Shown piece by piece: positions 32,755-44,900 of a DNA stretch of 64,000 bases (position 1 is its first letter; the number at the start of each line of letters is the position of its first letter). The stretch lies in the IMG/VR virus record IMGVR_UViG_3300036398_002324. One strand, 5' to 3'. Position numbers and translations under genes: made by a program. Origin of the DNA: a virus. The notes under the pieces are model-generated. The model was given only the letters and a program-made list of their open reading frames with translations. It was not told the origin of the DNA and did not search any database.

Positions 32755-33186
32755 CTAAATTCCTAAGTCTTTTTCTGTGAGAATTTGGAATTTCCAACCA
32801 CGTTCGTGACAAAATTCGTCGGCAGCTTTCCACTTTTGTTGATTAACAATGTAAGTGTACGATTCTTGTATGTACCTTTTTGTTTTTCTTTGTTGCTTTG
32901 GCGGCTGTGTTTGGCACTCCGGCTTGACTTCAATGATATAAGTCATTACGGTATTGTCTTTTCTTTTGACTTTTGCTATGAAATCCGGAAAGTATCTATG
33001 CATTTTTTTGTCTACGGGATTATAATATGGTATGGGAAGTTCTTCTGAACCCCACCAAATGACTGCCGGATTGTTGTCTAAATATTTCATAACACGCACC
33101 TCCCATGATGAACGATATATGATATTCGTTGCATCTCCCTTGTATTTTTCTGGATGTTTGGGTGTGAATTTACCTTTGTATGACAT
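32755..33186 (-). CDS. gp4: head completion nuclease
   Basis: KYKGD..IIYRSSWE, WGSEE, HRYFPDF, EVKP, NQQKW, LTEKDL. Confidence 0.92.
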   Translation of the reverse strand: MSYKGKFTPKHPEKYKGDATNIIYRSSWEVRVMKYLDNNPAVIWWGSEELPIPYYNPVDKKMHRYFPDFIAKVKRKDNTVMTYIIEVKPECQTQPPKQQRKTKRYIQESYTYIVNQQKWKAADEFCHERGWKFQILTEKDLGI

Positions 33187-33191
33187 AAATA
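33184..33191 (+). promoter_or_regulatory. late promoter CATAAATA for the baseplate operon
   Basis: one mismatch to TATAAATA, upstream of gp48. Confidence 0.6.
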
Positions 33192-33218
33192 TATCTAGTC
33201 AACTTACTAGGAAACTCC

Positions 33219-34544
33219 ATGGCCTTTTTCGGTTTAACAGACATAAAATTTAATGATATTGGAAGAAGAGGTCCACTCAATGCTTTAGAGAGCAGTGAGA
33301 AATTCACCAGTAGCATACTAAGATATCCTGAAGATGTCGCTTCAGCTCCAGACAGATATCATTACATGATGTTTTTTGTTCGTGAACAAGTAAATACTAG
33401 ATTTTCAGCAGAAGCTAGAGGCTTTGGACAATCGTTCTCAGCAACAGACGAAAAAGGTGTTTTTGATAGTTTCAATGCACAAGTAAAAGGAGATGGATTA
33501 GTTTCATCTTCTGCTGAATCGGGCTTATCTGGTTTACTCAACAATGCAATCGGCAGTGCGTTATCAAAAGGAGCCAATCTTCTTAGTGGAAAAGGTGGTG
33601 CAACTGGCAAAGTTGGCTCAGCTATCAGTAGTTTTGTGAGTGGTCCACCAAAAGCAACACCCGAACCAAAAAATAATTCAGCGATTCAAGAATCAGTTAA
33701 AGAAATTACAGATAAAAGTGCATTTGGCTTTTTGAATAAAACACGATTGACAAAAGATGCAATCGCTTTGTATATGCCGGACACAATTAATTTTGATTCC
33801 ACTGCAAGTTACTCTGATTTAAGACCGGGTGAAGAAAAACTCGGTCAGTTTTTAGCAGCGGCTCCTGAACTTATTGAAGCGTATAGAAAAGGTGGTGCAG
33901 TTGCTCTTGGAAAAACAGCTTTAAAATCTGGTGTCGCACAGTTGGCGGCACAAGAAATAGCAACAACTGCTGCTGGTCAAACTGGAAGATTAGGCGTTTA
34001 CGCAACAACCGGCAAAGTTACAAATCCAATGATTGAGTTGATATACGGTTCTCCCGACTTGAGAACGTTTCAATTTGAATTTATGTTTTATCCTAGAAGT
34101 GAAAAAGAAGCTTATGAAGTTCAACGAATCATAGACCGCTTTAGATTTCATCAAGCACCCGAATTGGATAAATTTGAAAGTGGTAGACAAACTGGTATGT
34201 TAATACCACCGTCAGAATTTGATATTAAATTTTATTATGCGGGTAAACAAAATCCAAACATTCCTCCTATCTCTTCATGTGTATTGACAAGTGTTCAAGT
34301 CAACTTTGCACCAAGAGGATGGAGTGCATACGAATCTTTAGGAGAAAACACTCCTGCTTTAGGTAGAACTGGTATGCCAACAGCAATTCAAATGTCATTA
34401 CAGTTTAGAGAAACAACATACATCACTAAAGAAGATTTTAGTGACCAAAGTGCAAGTAAAGTTACACAAAGTCAAGCAGCACAGTCTGGAGGACAATCAG
34501 GAACTTATCTGGGTCGTCAAGCTGCTTTTGGAAAAATAGCATAA
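33219..34544 (+). CDS. gp48: baseplate tail tube cap
   Basis: LRYP, IALYMP, NPMIELIY..LRTFQFEF.FYPRSEKEA, CVLTSVQVNF, LQFRET. Confidence 0.85.
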   Translation: MAFFGLTDIKFNDIGRRGPLNALESSEKFTSSILRYPEDVASAPDRYHYMMFFVREQVNTRFSAEARGFGQSFSATDEKGVFDSFNAQVKGDGLVSSSAESGLSGLLNNAIGSALSKGANLLSGKGGATGKVGSAISSFVSGPPKATPEPKNNSAIQESVKEITDKSAFGFLNKTRLTKDAIALYMPDTINFDSTASYSDLRPGEEKLGQFLAAAPELIEAYRKGGAVALGKTALKSGVAQLAAQEIATTAAGQTGRLGVYATTGKVTNPMIELIYGSPDLRTFQFEFMFYPRSEKEAYEVQRIIDRFRFHQAPELDKFESGRQTGMLIPPSEFDIKFYYAGKQNPNIPPISSCVLTSVQVNFAPRGWSAYESLGENTPALGRTGMPTAIQMSLQFRETTYITKEDFSDQSASKVTQSQAAQSGGQSGTYLGRQAAFGKIA

Positions 34545-34548
34545 AAAA

Positions 34549-35220
34549 ATGGCAGATTATTTTAACAATTTTCCACTCACATTCTATTCGTCTGGTGCAA
34601 ATAATGTTACGAGTGTTGATACTGTAACTAATATTATTGCACGTTTTGGATTTGAAGAAACATTAAAAGAAAATTCTTCAGCATTTTATCCGTATACAAT
34701 TAAAGACTCTGATACGCCGGAAATCATAGCTGCAAAAATATATAATAATCCGGAAAGACATTGGGTTGTTTTAATGTTTAATGATATTATGGATCCACAA
34801 TATGACTGGCCTTTATCTTATGAAGCTTTCAATGATTTTGTAGACAAAAAATATTCTGGTCCATCATATGCAAACACTACCACTTCCGGTGCCGGACTTT
34901 CGTGGGCAAAAAATACAGCAAATGTTCAAGCTTACTATAAGATAGTAACAAGAACAGCAGTTAAAAAAACTCCAGAAAACAAATTAATTACAGAGAAAAT
35001 TCAACTTGATGCAAATACTTACGCAAATGTAGTCGCTTCAACTGCAACGTACACTTTATCTAATGGTGAGGCAATTACAGAAAGTATTACAAAAGAGACA
35101 AAAACATACTATCAATATGAGGATGAACTCAACGACAGTAAAAGAAAAATTAAAATATTAAAACCTGAATTTTTAACAACTGTAATGAGAGAATTTAAAG
35201 AAGTCATTAATCCATCATGA
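34549..35220 (+). CDS. gp53: baseplate wedge subunit
   Basis: YFNNFP, DTPEIIA.KIY..HWVVLMFN, YEDELNDSKRKIKILKP. Confidence 0.88.
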   Translation: MADYFNNFPLTFYSSGANNVTSVDTVTNIIARFGFEETLKENSSAFYPYTIKDSDTPEIIAAKIYNNPERHWVVLMFNDIMDPQYDWPLSYEAFNDFVDKKYSGPSYANTTTSGAGLSWAKNTANVQAYYKIVTRTAVKKTPENKLITEKIQLDANTYANVVASTATYTLSNGEAITESITKETKTYYQYEDELNDSKRKIKILKPEFLTTVMREFKEVINPS

Positions 35221-36572
35221 ACTTAATTGAACCAACACAGTATCGAATTGAAGAGATGTTTATTATCACCAAAGGTGGACCAATAAGCATAGAAAATATG
35301 TTCGAGGAACTAAATCTTTTTGATTCTTTATTTCTTCCTGTAATTTCGGGAAATATTCTTATTGTTGATACCAAACAAATGATAAAGAAACTGGTTTTTG
35401 ATGGAACTGAGGTAATTGGAATGACATTAACAAAAGGCATAGGTTCAAGTTTTGCGTCATTCAAAAAGTCCTATAGAATTTATAATCTTTCAGACAGACG
35501 AAATAGAAATCAAACAACTGAAACGTATATTCTACATTTTGTTTCAGATGAATTTATTTTATCCGAACAGAAAAAAGTTGATAAAAGTTATCAAACCACT
35601 TATTCCGATGTGGTCGATAAAATTATGACACACTATTTAAAAGTGCCTAAAACCAGTAGAGGTGGATTTCAATCTTCTTATGGCATTAGAAAAATAGTTA
35701 TACCCAATTTACCAGCTTTAGATGCTATTGAGTGGTGTACAAAAAGAGCTTTGAGTATAAACAACTCTCCAGAATATCTTTTTTTCTGTAATGCTGAAGG
35801 ATTCAATTTTCTTCCGTTATCAACACTTTTAACCAAAAATTCAATTCTAAACATTAGCTTTACGCCAAAAAATCTCGGTGAAGGAGATGAGTTTTATGAG
35901 CTAAGTCGTGCTAGAAGTTTTGAAGTATTATCTCAATATGATTTGATAGATAAGATACAAAGCGGCGTAAATGCAAATAAATTATTGGCGTTTGACCCTA
36001 TCACAAAATCATTTGGTACTCAAGAAATTTCTCTGGAAGAGATTTATAAGTTAGTTGAACACGCAAATAAAAATGCAATCGATGCGGTAATACACAATCG
36101 AGATAACGAAACGACAACCCACAATTCTTATGATTCAAAACAAGCATTAAGTGTATACAATCAAATTCGTGGTAAAAGTAGTTACGTAAAAGAGAATGAC
36201 CCAACTTCGATTTCCAAGAATGAACCCTATGAGTTATTTGTAACTCAAAGAAAAGCTATAATGAGTAACTTGATGACAAAAAGATTAAAAATTACCATGC
36301 CTGGAAATTTTCAATTAACATCAGGCAAAAATGTGAATTTTGATACTTCTGGATTTGGAACACACTCAAAAGGAAAAGAGGGTGAGCAAGATGATTCGAT
36401 TAGTGGTAAATATATTATAACGGGAACAAGACACATTATCAGTTCAACAAGACATATTACAGTTATGGAAGTGGCAACAGATTCTACGAATCAAAAACCT
36501 CAAGTTAATACTCCAGAACAAACTAAAGTTGCAACAGATTATTCAAAAATTTTTGCGACATATACTGGATAA
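35217..36572 (+). CDS. baseplate hub protein (gp27-like)
   Basis: position between gp53 and gp5; SGNILIVD, PGNFQLTSG, SGKYIITG. Confidence 0.6.
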   Translation: MNLIEPTQYRIEEMFIITKGGPISIENMFEELNLFDSLFLPVISGNILIVDTKQMIKKLVFDGTEVIGMTLTKGIGSSFASFKKSYRIYNLSDRRNRNQTTETYILHFVSDEFILSEQKKVDKSYQTTYSDVVDKIMTHYLKVPKTSRGGFQSSYGIRKIVIPNLPALDAIEWCTKRALSINNSPEYLFFCNAEGFNFLPLSTLLTKNSILNISFTPKNLGEGDEFYELSRARSFEVLSQYDLIDKIQSGVNANKLLAFDPITKSFGTQEISLEEIYKLVEHANKNAIDAVIHNRDNETTTHNSYDSKQALSVYNQIRGKSSYVKENDPTSISKNEPYELFVTQRKAIMSNLMTKRLKITMPGNFQLTSGKNVNFDTSGFGTHSKGKEGEQDDSISGKYIITGTRHIISSTRHITVMEVATDSTNQKPQVNTPEQTKVATDYSKIFATYTG

Positions 36573-36575
36573 AAA

Positions 36576-37436
36576 ATGAATTCGCCACAAAAAGATTTTG
36601 CTGGAAAAAATGGTTTTATTTGGTGGGTAGGTTATGTTGAAGACCGAAAAGATCCTTTAAAATTGGGGCGATGTCGTGTTCGTTGCATAGGTTGGCATAG
36701 CACAAACAAACTTCAGTTACCAACAAACTCTTTGCCATGGGCTGTTCCAAATATACCAGTAAATACTCCAATTGTTTATACACCACGTGAAGGTGATATG
36801 GTATTTGGTTTTTTTCTTGACGGGGAAAATGCACAAGAGCCTGTGATGTTAGGAAGTTTTCCTGGTATACCTTTAAACGCAGCTAAACCCCAAGAAGCAT
36901 TTAATGATGCAAGAACGCCTGCTGAGTTGGCATCTGCACCAGTTAAGCCAACGGAAAATGCAATCAATTATCCAAGAAAACTGGATGAACCATCAACATC
37001 AAGGCTTGCCAGAAACGATGCTAAGTATCCTTCAGAAATTGTAACCGCAAAGAAAAATAAAAGAGCAAATAAAGTTGAACCAGCTTCTTACTATAAAGCA
37101 CAGTATCCATATAATAATGTATATGAATCAGAATCTGGTCATGCATTAGAGTTTGATGATACAAAAGATGCTGAACGTGTACACATCTATCATCGTTCTG
37201 GTTCATACACAGAATGGGGTCCTGATGGCTCACGTTCAGAAAGAATACAGAAAGATAAATTTGAAGTTGTAGTTGGCAACGAACAAGTCTATGTAAAAGG
37301 TAACGTTACTGTGTATGTTGATGGTAATGTAAATTTACAAATTGGCGGTAATTTTCAAGCAGATGTTGACGGCACTTGTAAAATTACATCAGGAGGTAAC
37401 ATGACATTGAAAGCACCACGTATTGATTTGAACTAA
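36576..37436 (+). CDS. gp5: baseplate central spike (OB-fold plus beta-helix, no lysozyme)
   Basis: WWVGYVEDRKDPLKLGRCRVR, VFGFFLDG, YPYNNV.ESESGH..EFDDT. Confidence 0.88.
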   Translation: MNSPQKDFAGKNGFIWWVGYVEDRKDPLKLGRCRVRCIGWHSTNKLQLPTNSLPWAVPNIPVNTPIVYTPREGDMVFGFFLDGENAQEPVMLGSFPGIPLNAAKPQEAFNDARTPAELASAPVKPTENAINYPRKLDEPSTSRLARNDAKYPSEIVTAKKNKRANKVEPASYYKAQYPYNNVYESESGHALEFDDTKDAERVHIYHRSGSYTEWGPDGSRSERIQKDKFEVVVGNEQVYVKGNVTVYVDGNVNLQIGGNFQADVDGTCKITSGGNMTLKAPRIDLN

Positions 37437-37437
37437 C

Positions 37438-37644
37438 ATGGCACACGAATTTATTATACTTGTAAATGGTAAGTTAAAAACTTATAGAAAGTATGAAGAC
37501 ATACCAAAAAAATTGGACAATGTTATTAAGTTTAATCCACATATACCTAAGCCGCCCCACACACAGAGTCAGCATGAAGAAATTGAACAGTGGAATGATA
37601 AATTAAAAGAACTATTGACAAGAGAAACAAATGGCAAGCATTAG
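37438..37644 (+). CDS. hypothetical protein
   Basis: VIKFNP..PPHT..HEEI motif. Confidence 0.65.
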   Translation: MAHEFIILVNGKLKTYRKYEDIPKKLDNVIKFNPHIPKPPHTQSQHEEIEQWNDKLKELLTRETNGKH

Positions 37645-38191
37645 CCCTAGTTCCGAAATTTCTTCGGTTGTCAGAGGAAAACAGTTTACGAGAACAATAT
37701 CTGCAACGCCATCTGTTGGAGAAACAATTGTTTCCGTTACAGCTACTTTAAATGATGAAGAAGAAACAGGAATTTCTATAACTCCGGGAACTTCTCAAGT
37801 TACAATATCAGGAAAATATTTAACAGGATTTATAGATTCTGCTTCATACGTTTCAAAAGGAAGTAGTGACCAATTAGAAACACCGACAGTGGTTTCTAAT
37901 TTATCAGATATACCCGAAGGAAAAGAGTTATTTAAGTACGAACAAGACCCAATTAGTAGTATTACAAAAGATTACACTGTAATTGTTTCTCTGCAAGGAG
38001 GAAGCTCTTCAGAGTATTCTTTAACACATGAAGTAAAAAATGATATTTCAACAGGAACAAATTTTGTGTATACTTATTTTGATGCAACAAGAAGTCCATT
38101 AGAATTTCCAATTGTTTGGAATAACAATCTTGGAAACAATTTGGACTGGTTGAATTCTGCTGGCGCTAGTGTAGAATGGAGTGGTGAATGA
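37631..38191 (+). CDS. putative virion structural protein
   Basis: S/T-rich beta protein in the baseplate operon. Confidence 0.65.
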   Translation: MASISPSSEISSVVRGKQFTRTISATPSVGETIVSVTATLNDEEETGISITPGTSQVTISGKYLTGFIDSASYVSKGSSDQLETPTVVSNLSDIPEGKELFKYEQDPISSITKDYTVIVSLQGGSSSEYSLTHEVKNDISTGTNFVYTYFDATRSPLEFPIVWNNNLGNNLDWLNSAGASVEWSGE

Positions 38192-39156
38192 CAATACCAA
38201 ATACATTTGCTGATAGAAGTCAAGCTATACCTCTGGAAGACTTGGATGAAAATTTTAGTTATTTTGAAATAAGAGAAAATGGTATCGCAATTGCCGCTAA
38301 CACACCGACATATGTTGCAAACTCCGGATTTATTCAAGCAAATTCTTCTTATGACCACGCAAATGCAGCGTTCGATCATGCAAACTCTGGATTTATTCAA
38401 GCCAATGCTGCATTTATTCGTGCGAATAATTCATTAAACGCCAATAGTGGTGGTAGAGTTACGGCAAATGTTGTTGTCAATGCAAATTTACAAGTAGCAA
38501 ACGTACATACTAATACATACATTAGTTTTTCAAATACATCGTTAGTGTCTTATAACAATTCGGGCATTGCAAATGGAGAGATAGAATTTTTTAATAACAG
38601 TTTATTTGGAACAGTGGACACAACCCAAGGAAGAGGTTTTATTCCTGTTGTACAATATAGATATCTAAGTTCAAATTCTGCTTATAACATTAGCACAGCA
38701 CAGTTGCCATTTATGGGCAACGCAAACGGTGCGATATTGACTACGGACAGTGCATATGAAGTTGAATGGAATTTATATTTTTTAAAGTCTACTGCCGGAA
38801 CAGTTACATTTAGCATTCGAACAAGAGACCCAGTTGGTGGTGGCGCAGTTAATCCTCAATTAATTAACGCAAATTATCAGGGTAATAGAATTGATGTTAC
38901 TTCAACTTCACTGTTTATGAACGCCGCCGGACGTATAGTTAGTACAGCAGATCCTACTGCATTACCAGCAACTGTATCTTTAACTGGTGGAGCACAATAT
39001 TATTTTACGGTGAAGGCTTTTATAATTACAAATGCTGCTACTGTTGGAAACTGTTATTTGGGAATCGCTACAAGTGCTGGACTTGTAACGCCTAACGTTG
39101 GAAGTTACATGAAAGTCACAAAACTGCCGTCACCAAACACAGGCTTATGGTCTTAA
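38188..39156 (+). CDS. virion protein with ANxxF heptad repeats
   Basis: IPLEDLDENF then ANSGFIQANAAF repeats. Confidence 0.7.
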   Translation: MTIPNTFADRSQAIPLEDLDENFSYFEIRENGIAIAANTPTYVANSGFIQANSSYDHANAAFDHANSGFIQANAAFIRANNSLNANSGGRVTANVVVNANLQVANVHTNTYISFSNTSLVSYNNSGIANGEIEFFNNSLFGTVDTTQGRGFIPVVQYRYLSSNSAYNISTAQLPFMGNANGAILTTDSAYEVEWNLYFLKSTAGTVTFSIRTRDPVGGGAVNPQLINANYQGNRIDVTSTSLFMNAAGRIVSTADPTALPATVSLTGGAQYYFTVKAFIITNAATVGNCYLGIATSAGLVTPNVGSYMKVTKLPSPNTGLWS

Positions 39157-39172
39157 TTTTATAGGAAATAAT

Positions 39173-39463
39173 ATGCCAGCAGCTACAAGAGTAGGAGATT
39201 TAGATGTTACCCATTGCTCACCGTCAGTAAGGGCAGTCGGCTCAGGTAATGTATTCGTTAATGGCATTCCATGGAGTTGTCAATCACATGTAAATACTGT
39301 TCATCTTTTGCCTGGGTCTCCGTGTCCAGCACATTCTGCACCAATATCATCTGGTTCGTCAACAGTAAAAATAAATGGATTAGGAGCGGGTCGTGTTGGT
39401 GATGCTATTTCTGGATGTACTTCAGTAGCACAAGGTTCTTTTAATGTATTTGCTGGAGGTTGA
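39173..39463 (+). CDS. PAAR spike-tip protein (gp5.4-like)
   Basis: PAATRVGD, GSGNVFVNG, GRVGD, GSFNVFAG. Confidence 0.9.
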   Translation: MPAATRVGDLDVTHCSPSVRAVGSGNVFVNGIPWSCQSHVNTVHLLPGSPCPAHSAPISSGSSTVKINGLGAGRVGDAISGCTSVAQGSFNVFAGG

Positions 39464-39474
39464 ATAAATAAGCA

Positions 39475-39897
39475 ATGGCAACGACAATAACATCAAATAA
39501 TCCAAGAATATCATCAGAAAGAGGATATAAAGACTTGGATTTAAACTTTAATATACATCCTGTCAAAAAAGATATTACTAAGCATGTTAATGAATATGCA
39601 GTTATAAATTCAGTCAAAAACTTAGTTTCTTTGAATTTTTTTGAGAAACCATTTAGACCAGAAATAGGAAGTGGTTTACGTTCGTTGTTATTTGAAAATA
39701 TTGATACGATTTTATCATCCAGAATTGAGAGAGCAATAGAAGAAGTTATATTGAATTATGAACCCAGAGTGAGCGTTTCTAGTGTAAATGCAACAGCGTA
39801 TCCAGACGAAAATCGATATAATGTAACGATGACTTTTTTCATAATCAATAATCCAAATCCAATTACAATTGATTTCTTCTTAGAGAGAATTAGATAA
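39475..39897 (+). CDS. gp25: baseplate wedge subunit
   Basis: YKDLDLNF, EKPFRPEIGS, NYEPRV; AATAAATA late promoter 39463-39470. Confidence 0.92.
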   Translation: MATTITSNNPRISSERGYKDLDLNFNIHPVKKDITKHVNEYAVINSVKNLVSLNFFEKPFRPEIGSGLRSLLFENIDTILSSRIERAIEEVILNYEPRVSVSSVNATAYPDENRYNVTMTFFIINNPNPITIDFFLERIR

Positions 39898-39899
39898 AA

Positions 39900-41957
39900 A
39901 TGGCAGACCGTCTAAGAGTAACAGAGCTTGATTTTGATACAATCAAGCAAAATTTAAAAACATTTTTAAATCAGCAGTCTGAGTTTACTGACTATGATTT
40001 TGAGGGTTCTGGCTTGAACATTCTATTAGATGTTCTTGCGTATAATACACACTATCAAGCTTACTATCTAAACATGGTAGCAAATGAATCATTTTTAGAT
40101 ACAGCACTTCTTCGTGATTCTGTTATTTCACAAGCAAAAGTTTTAGGATATGTTCCATATTCACGTAAAGCACCAAGGGCGATAATAAATTTCACAGCAA
40201 ACACCAGTTCAAATGCAGTAGCTACTTTAACTATTCCTAAAGGTTATAGATTTTTATCGGAGCAGGTAGATGGCGTAAGCTATGGTTTTGTCACACTTAC
40301 AGAAACAAAAGTCACTAAAGCAAATAATGACTTTACTTTCCTCAATTTACCTATTTACGAAGGCCAGTTGGTAACATATAGTTATACGCATAATGAATCA
40401 ACAAATCCTAAACAAGTGTACACACTTCCTGATACTGAAATCGACACGACAACAATTTCAGTAACAGTTCAACCATCTCCTTCAAATACTGATATAACAG
40501 TTTATAGCTTGGCAACAGATTCGAGTAATACAACAACTAAATCCGAAGTTTTTTATTTACAAGAAGGAAAATCTCAGCAATATGACATTTATTTTGGAAA
40601 TAATGTTATAGGTAAAAAATTACCAGATGGTGCTATTGTCACTGTACAATATGTTGTAACAAATGGAGAAGCTGCAAATAAAGCCAATAATTTTGTTGCG
40701 ACTGAAACTTTAGTAGATTCTTTAGGTAATACACAAACGGATTTTATTATTAATCCTATTAATTCTGCATCCGGTGGAGCTGAAAGAGAATCGGTTGATA
40801 ATATTAAATTTGCTGCTCCTCTTTTGTATACTACACAAAATCGCTTAATAACTTTTTCTGATTATGAAGCTTATATTTCTAAAAATTATCCTGCCGTGGA
40901 TTCTGTTTCTGTGTGGGGTGGGGAAGATGAAAGTCCACCAAAATTTGGAGTTGTCTATATTGCGTTAAAACCAAAAGATGGATATTTCTTATCAGATAAC
41001 GAAAAACAAAGAATAATTGATGAGATTATTAAACCAAAAGCAATCGTGGCAATACAAACAGTTATTCGTGAGCCTGAATATTTGTATTTAAAAGTTTTAT
41101 CAAATGTTAGATATTCGGCTAAAAAAACGACCTTAACTGAAGACCAATTAAAAACTTTAATTAGAAATTCTATTTTAACTTATAAAACCACAAACTTGGA
41201 TAAGTTTGGAGCGCAGTTTATTTTATCAAGGGTACAAGATACTATAGATAAAGTTGATACGAATTCAATTATTGGTTCTAGCGTTTCTGTACTTTTACAG
41301 AAAAGATTTACACCTTCATTAAATAAATCAACTCCATATGTAATTGATTTTAGTGTTCCCCTACGCAGAGGAACTATTGGCAATAAATTAACCTCAACGT
41401 ATTTTACTGTTGTTGATTCTCAAGGTATAGATAGATCGGTTCAGTTTGATGAAATACCACAATCATTTTCAGGCGTTTCAACTATACAAGTAACAAATCC
41501 TGGCTCAGGATTTACTTCATCTCCAACCATTACTATCGTTGGAGATGGAGCTGGAGCAACTGCTGCCGCTACCATAGTTAATGGTCAAATTCAAAACATT
41601 GAAGTTATAAATCGTGGTATCGATTACACTCGTGCTACAGTTTCTATTTCTGGCGGTGGTGGTTATGGGGCCGCAGCCGTTGCATCAGTCGATGGTAGAG
41701 TAGGAACTATTAGAACAGTTTACTATGATAATTTTGCACAGAGACAAATAGTGGATGAAAATGCTGGTGAAATTGACTATAATTCTGGAAAAATTACCAT
41801 ATCAAATATTTTAATTAAAGATGTCGAATCGGCAGATAATGAAATTCGTGTTACAATTGAGTCAGAAAAAGACATTATAAATTCTGTTAAAAATACAATT
41901 ATTTCAATAGATGAAAACGATCCATCATCAATTAGTACAACACTAGAGACTGTATAA
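39900..41957 (+). CDS. gp6: baseplate wedge subunit
   Basis: ELDFDTIK, DYDFEGS, LAYNTHY, QNRLIT..DY, VWGGED. Confidence 0.93.
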   Translation: MADRLRVTELDFDTIKQNLKTFLNQQSEFTDYDFEGSGLNILLDVLAYNTHYQAYYLNMVANESFLDTALLRDSVISQAKVLGYVPYSRKAPRAIINFTANTSSNAVATLTIPKGYRFLSEQVDGVSYGFVTLTETKVTKANNDFTFLNLPIYEGQLVTYSYTHNESTNPKQVYTLPDTEIDTTTISVTVQPSPSNTDITVYSLATDSSNTTTKSEVFYLQEGKSQQYDIYFGNNVIGKKLPDGAIVTVQYVVTNGEAANKANNFVATETLVDSLGNTQTDFIINPINSASGGAERESVDNIKFAAPLLYTTQNRLITFSDYEAYISKNYPAVDSVSVWGGEDESPPKFGVVYIALKPKDGYFLSDNEKQRIIDEIIKPKAIVAIQTVIREPEYLYLKVLSNVRYSAKKTTLTEDQLKTLIRNSILTYKTTNLDKFGAQFILSRVQDTIDKVDTNSIIGSSVSVLLQKRFTPSLNKSTPYVIDFSVPLRRGTIGNKLTSTYFTVVDSQGIDRSVQFDEIPQSFSGVSTIQVTNPGSGFTSSPTITIVGDGAGATAAATIVNGQIQNIEVINRGIDYTRATVSISGGGGYGAAAVASVDGRVGTIRTVYYDNFAQRQIVDENAGEIDYNSGKITISNILIKDVESADNEIRVTIESEKDIINSVKNTIISIDENDPSSISTTLETV

Positions 41958-44900
41958 TGTCAGTAACAGATTTAAAAACTTCAATATTTGTTCAAAAACA
42001 AATTCCAGAATTTGTAAAGGATGAATATCCTAAATTTGTTTCGTTTCTCGAAGCTTACTATGATTTTTTAGAAGCTCGGGCAAACACAACAACTACATCA
42101 AATAATCTAGTTACTTCAGCAAAAACGCTCAGAAACATAAAAGATGTTGATGACTCAATTGAACAATTTGAAAAAAACTTTTATAATACATATGCTTCAT
42201 TGATACCATTAGAGGTGCAATCGAATAAAGCACTTCTCTTTAAACACCTTGCAAATCTATATCGTTCAAAGGGTAACGAAAACTCGTTTAAACTGTTATT
42301 TCAATTAATCTTTGGTCAAGATATTGATATTATCTATCCTAAAAATAACGTTCTTCGTGCATCGGCAAGCAAATGGAAAACTGACACAACATTAAGAATT
42401 AATCCTGATGTATACAGTCGTTATGTTGGTGATGGAACTAATACAATTTTTTATCTTGCTCAAAAAGTAGAATTAGATGAAGTAAATATTTTTGTTGATG
42501 ATGTTTTAAAAACAGCAGAAGTAGATTATTACATTAACATAGAATATAGAAGATTAGTTTTTATCAATCCACCAGCAAATGGTGCGATTATCACTGCAAA
42601 ATACATTGATTTTAATGTATCCCTTTTTGAGAACCGTAAGGTTACAGGCATTACTACTGGGTCAACTGCCATAGTAGAATCTGCAAACAAAAGAATCGTT
42701 GCAGATATTTTTATTCTCGGTTTACCAATCGAACTAATAGTCAATAATAATTCACTAAAAGGTTCTTTCCTAACTGGTGAGACAGTATCAATACCAATTA
42801 TAGATGATATTAATAATGTTACAATCGACCTCCGTGCAACATCTTTCTCTGTAATTAAAAAATTCAATATTATAAATTCTGGAAATAATTATAGTGTTGG
42901 TGATATTATATCGGTTTCTGGTGGTAATGCCACATCGAATGCTTTGGGTGTTGTTGCAAGTATTTCCTCTGGTACAATTGATAGTGGATTGATTCATCAT
43001 GGTGGGGCAGCATTTTCAATATCATCTCCAATATCAATTTCGGGTAATGATGCTTTTAGTACAATGTTGGTCGTTGTTGATGGTATCGACACTTCTGGTA
43101 CAAATGCTGCAAATACTTTAATTATTTCTCCTGACGTAATTTCAAATTTAAATTTTAATGTTGGTGAAGTTTATGTCAACACATCTAATTTTGGTGCTGT
43201 ATTTTCTAAATCCAATGTAAGTGCAGCTAATACTATTGGTGAAGCTTTAAATTTTATATCATTTCAAGTTGGTCCAATAACAAACGTTTCAGTTCTTTCA
43301 TCGACAGTTCCACTTAATCAAAAAGATTTTATTGTTTTTGATGCAGCTGGCGCAGATTTTGGTGCCAATACTCCAAAAAGATATTCAAAGAGTTTGAGGT
43401 CAATTGGTCGATATAAAATTATAGATGGTGGTTCAAATTATAAAATTGGCGATGAAATTGTATTTGGCACAAATCCTTTAGGAACTTATGGACAACATGC
43501 GGCAGCAACCGTTGGAAAAATTGCGGCTAATGGATATATCGAAAGAATTGATGCTGCAAATAGTAGAATTTCCGGTGTCGGTACAGTATCAGCCGCATGT
43601 AATGAAATCGTTGGAACTGGTACAGCGTTTGATTTAGAATTGGTTGTTGGAGATAGAATTGATATCAATAACGAATCAAAAGTTGTAGCATCAATTACTA
43701 ATAACACAATTCTCGTTGTTGATTCTGTTTACACATATTCAGCAACAGATAAACCGATTGGTGTTTATGGTCGTTGGCCATTAGGTGGTTATGGATATAC
43801 ACAAAATAATTTTCCATCAATAACCGTAAGCTCCACGACAGGTTCAAATGCGATTGTTCAAATCGACTCTTTAACTGGTGATAATGAACAAATATCCGCA
43901 CAAGGTTTTGGTGCTAATGGACAAATTACTTCGGTTAATGTTATTGACCCTGGTTCAGGATATGAATACATTCCATCAGTATCTGTTTTGGGTGGTGATG
44001 GAACAGCAGTAATTCGAGCCGAAATTGAACAATCTCTAATATCAACTTCTGGTCGTTGGACAACCAGCGATTCTATTCTTTCTTCTTTTGAAAGAAAAAT
44101 ACAAGGCGAAGATTATTACGTAGACTATTCTTATGTTCTTTCTTCACAGATAGAATTTAGTAAATATAAAGCAATACTAAAGCAACTTTTACACCCAGTC
44201 GGATTGGTTAATTATGCCTTCTATAATAAACAAAACGTTATTGAACTGACTGATGTTCTGGTTCAGGATGTAAAAGAAACAACTATTTCTGGTAGAGCTA
44301 ATGTTGGTAACGGAGGCGCAGTTGTTGTAGGAGACAATACTAAATTTAATATTGCTAATACGTTAGGAATAATAACACTAAATTCATTAATTGCTGTAAA
44401 TGGTGAAGTTAGAAAGATAAACACAATTGTTAGCAATACGAAAATCATTACAACTTCAAATATTTCAAATCTAACGATTGCTAATTCTGGTTCGGGTTAC
44501 TCAAATGGATACTTAGTATTCGCAAACGGCGGTGGTCAAGTAACAAGTTTGACGATAACCAATTCGGGTTCTGGATATGAAAATGGCACAGTAAAATTCT
44601 CTGGCACAGATGAAGCCATAGCTGCTGTTGCGAACGTAGAAGTATATGCATCAAATGGCTCTATTAGAACACTAACATTAATTTCCGGTGGTTTGTACGC
44701 AAACAAACCTATAGCATTACCTGATACGAATCCACATCGTGTATTATATGCAAACGGTATAACAATTACAAATCGTGGTCAAGGTTATTCAAATGGTTGG
44801 TTGTCATTTGCCGGTGGTAGCCCACTAAGAGATGCTAATGTTCAATTGATAGTTCATCCAAATACAGTCATCAACACAGTCATTGTTCATGATTCTGGAT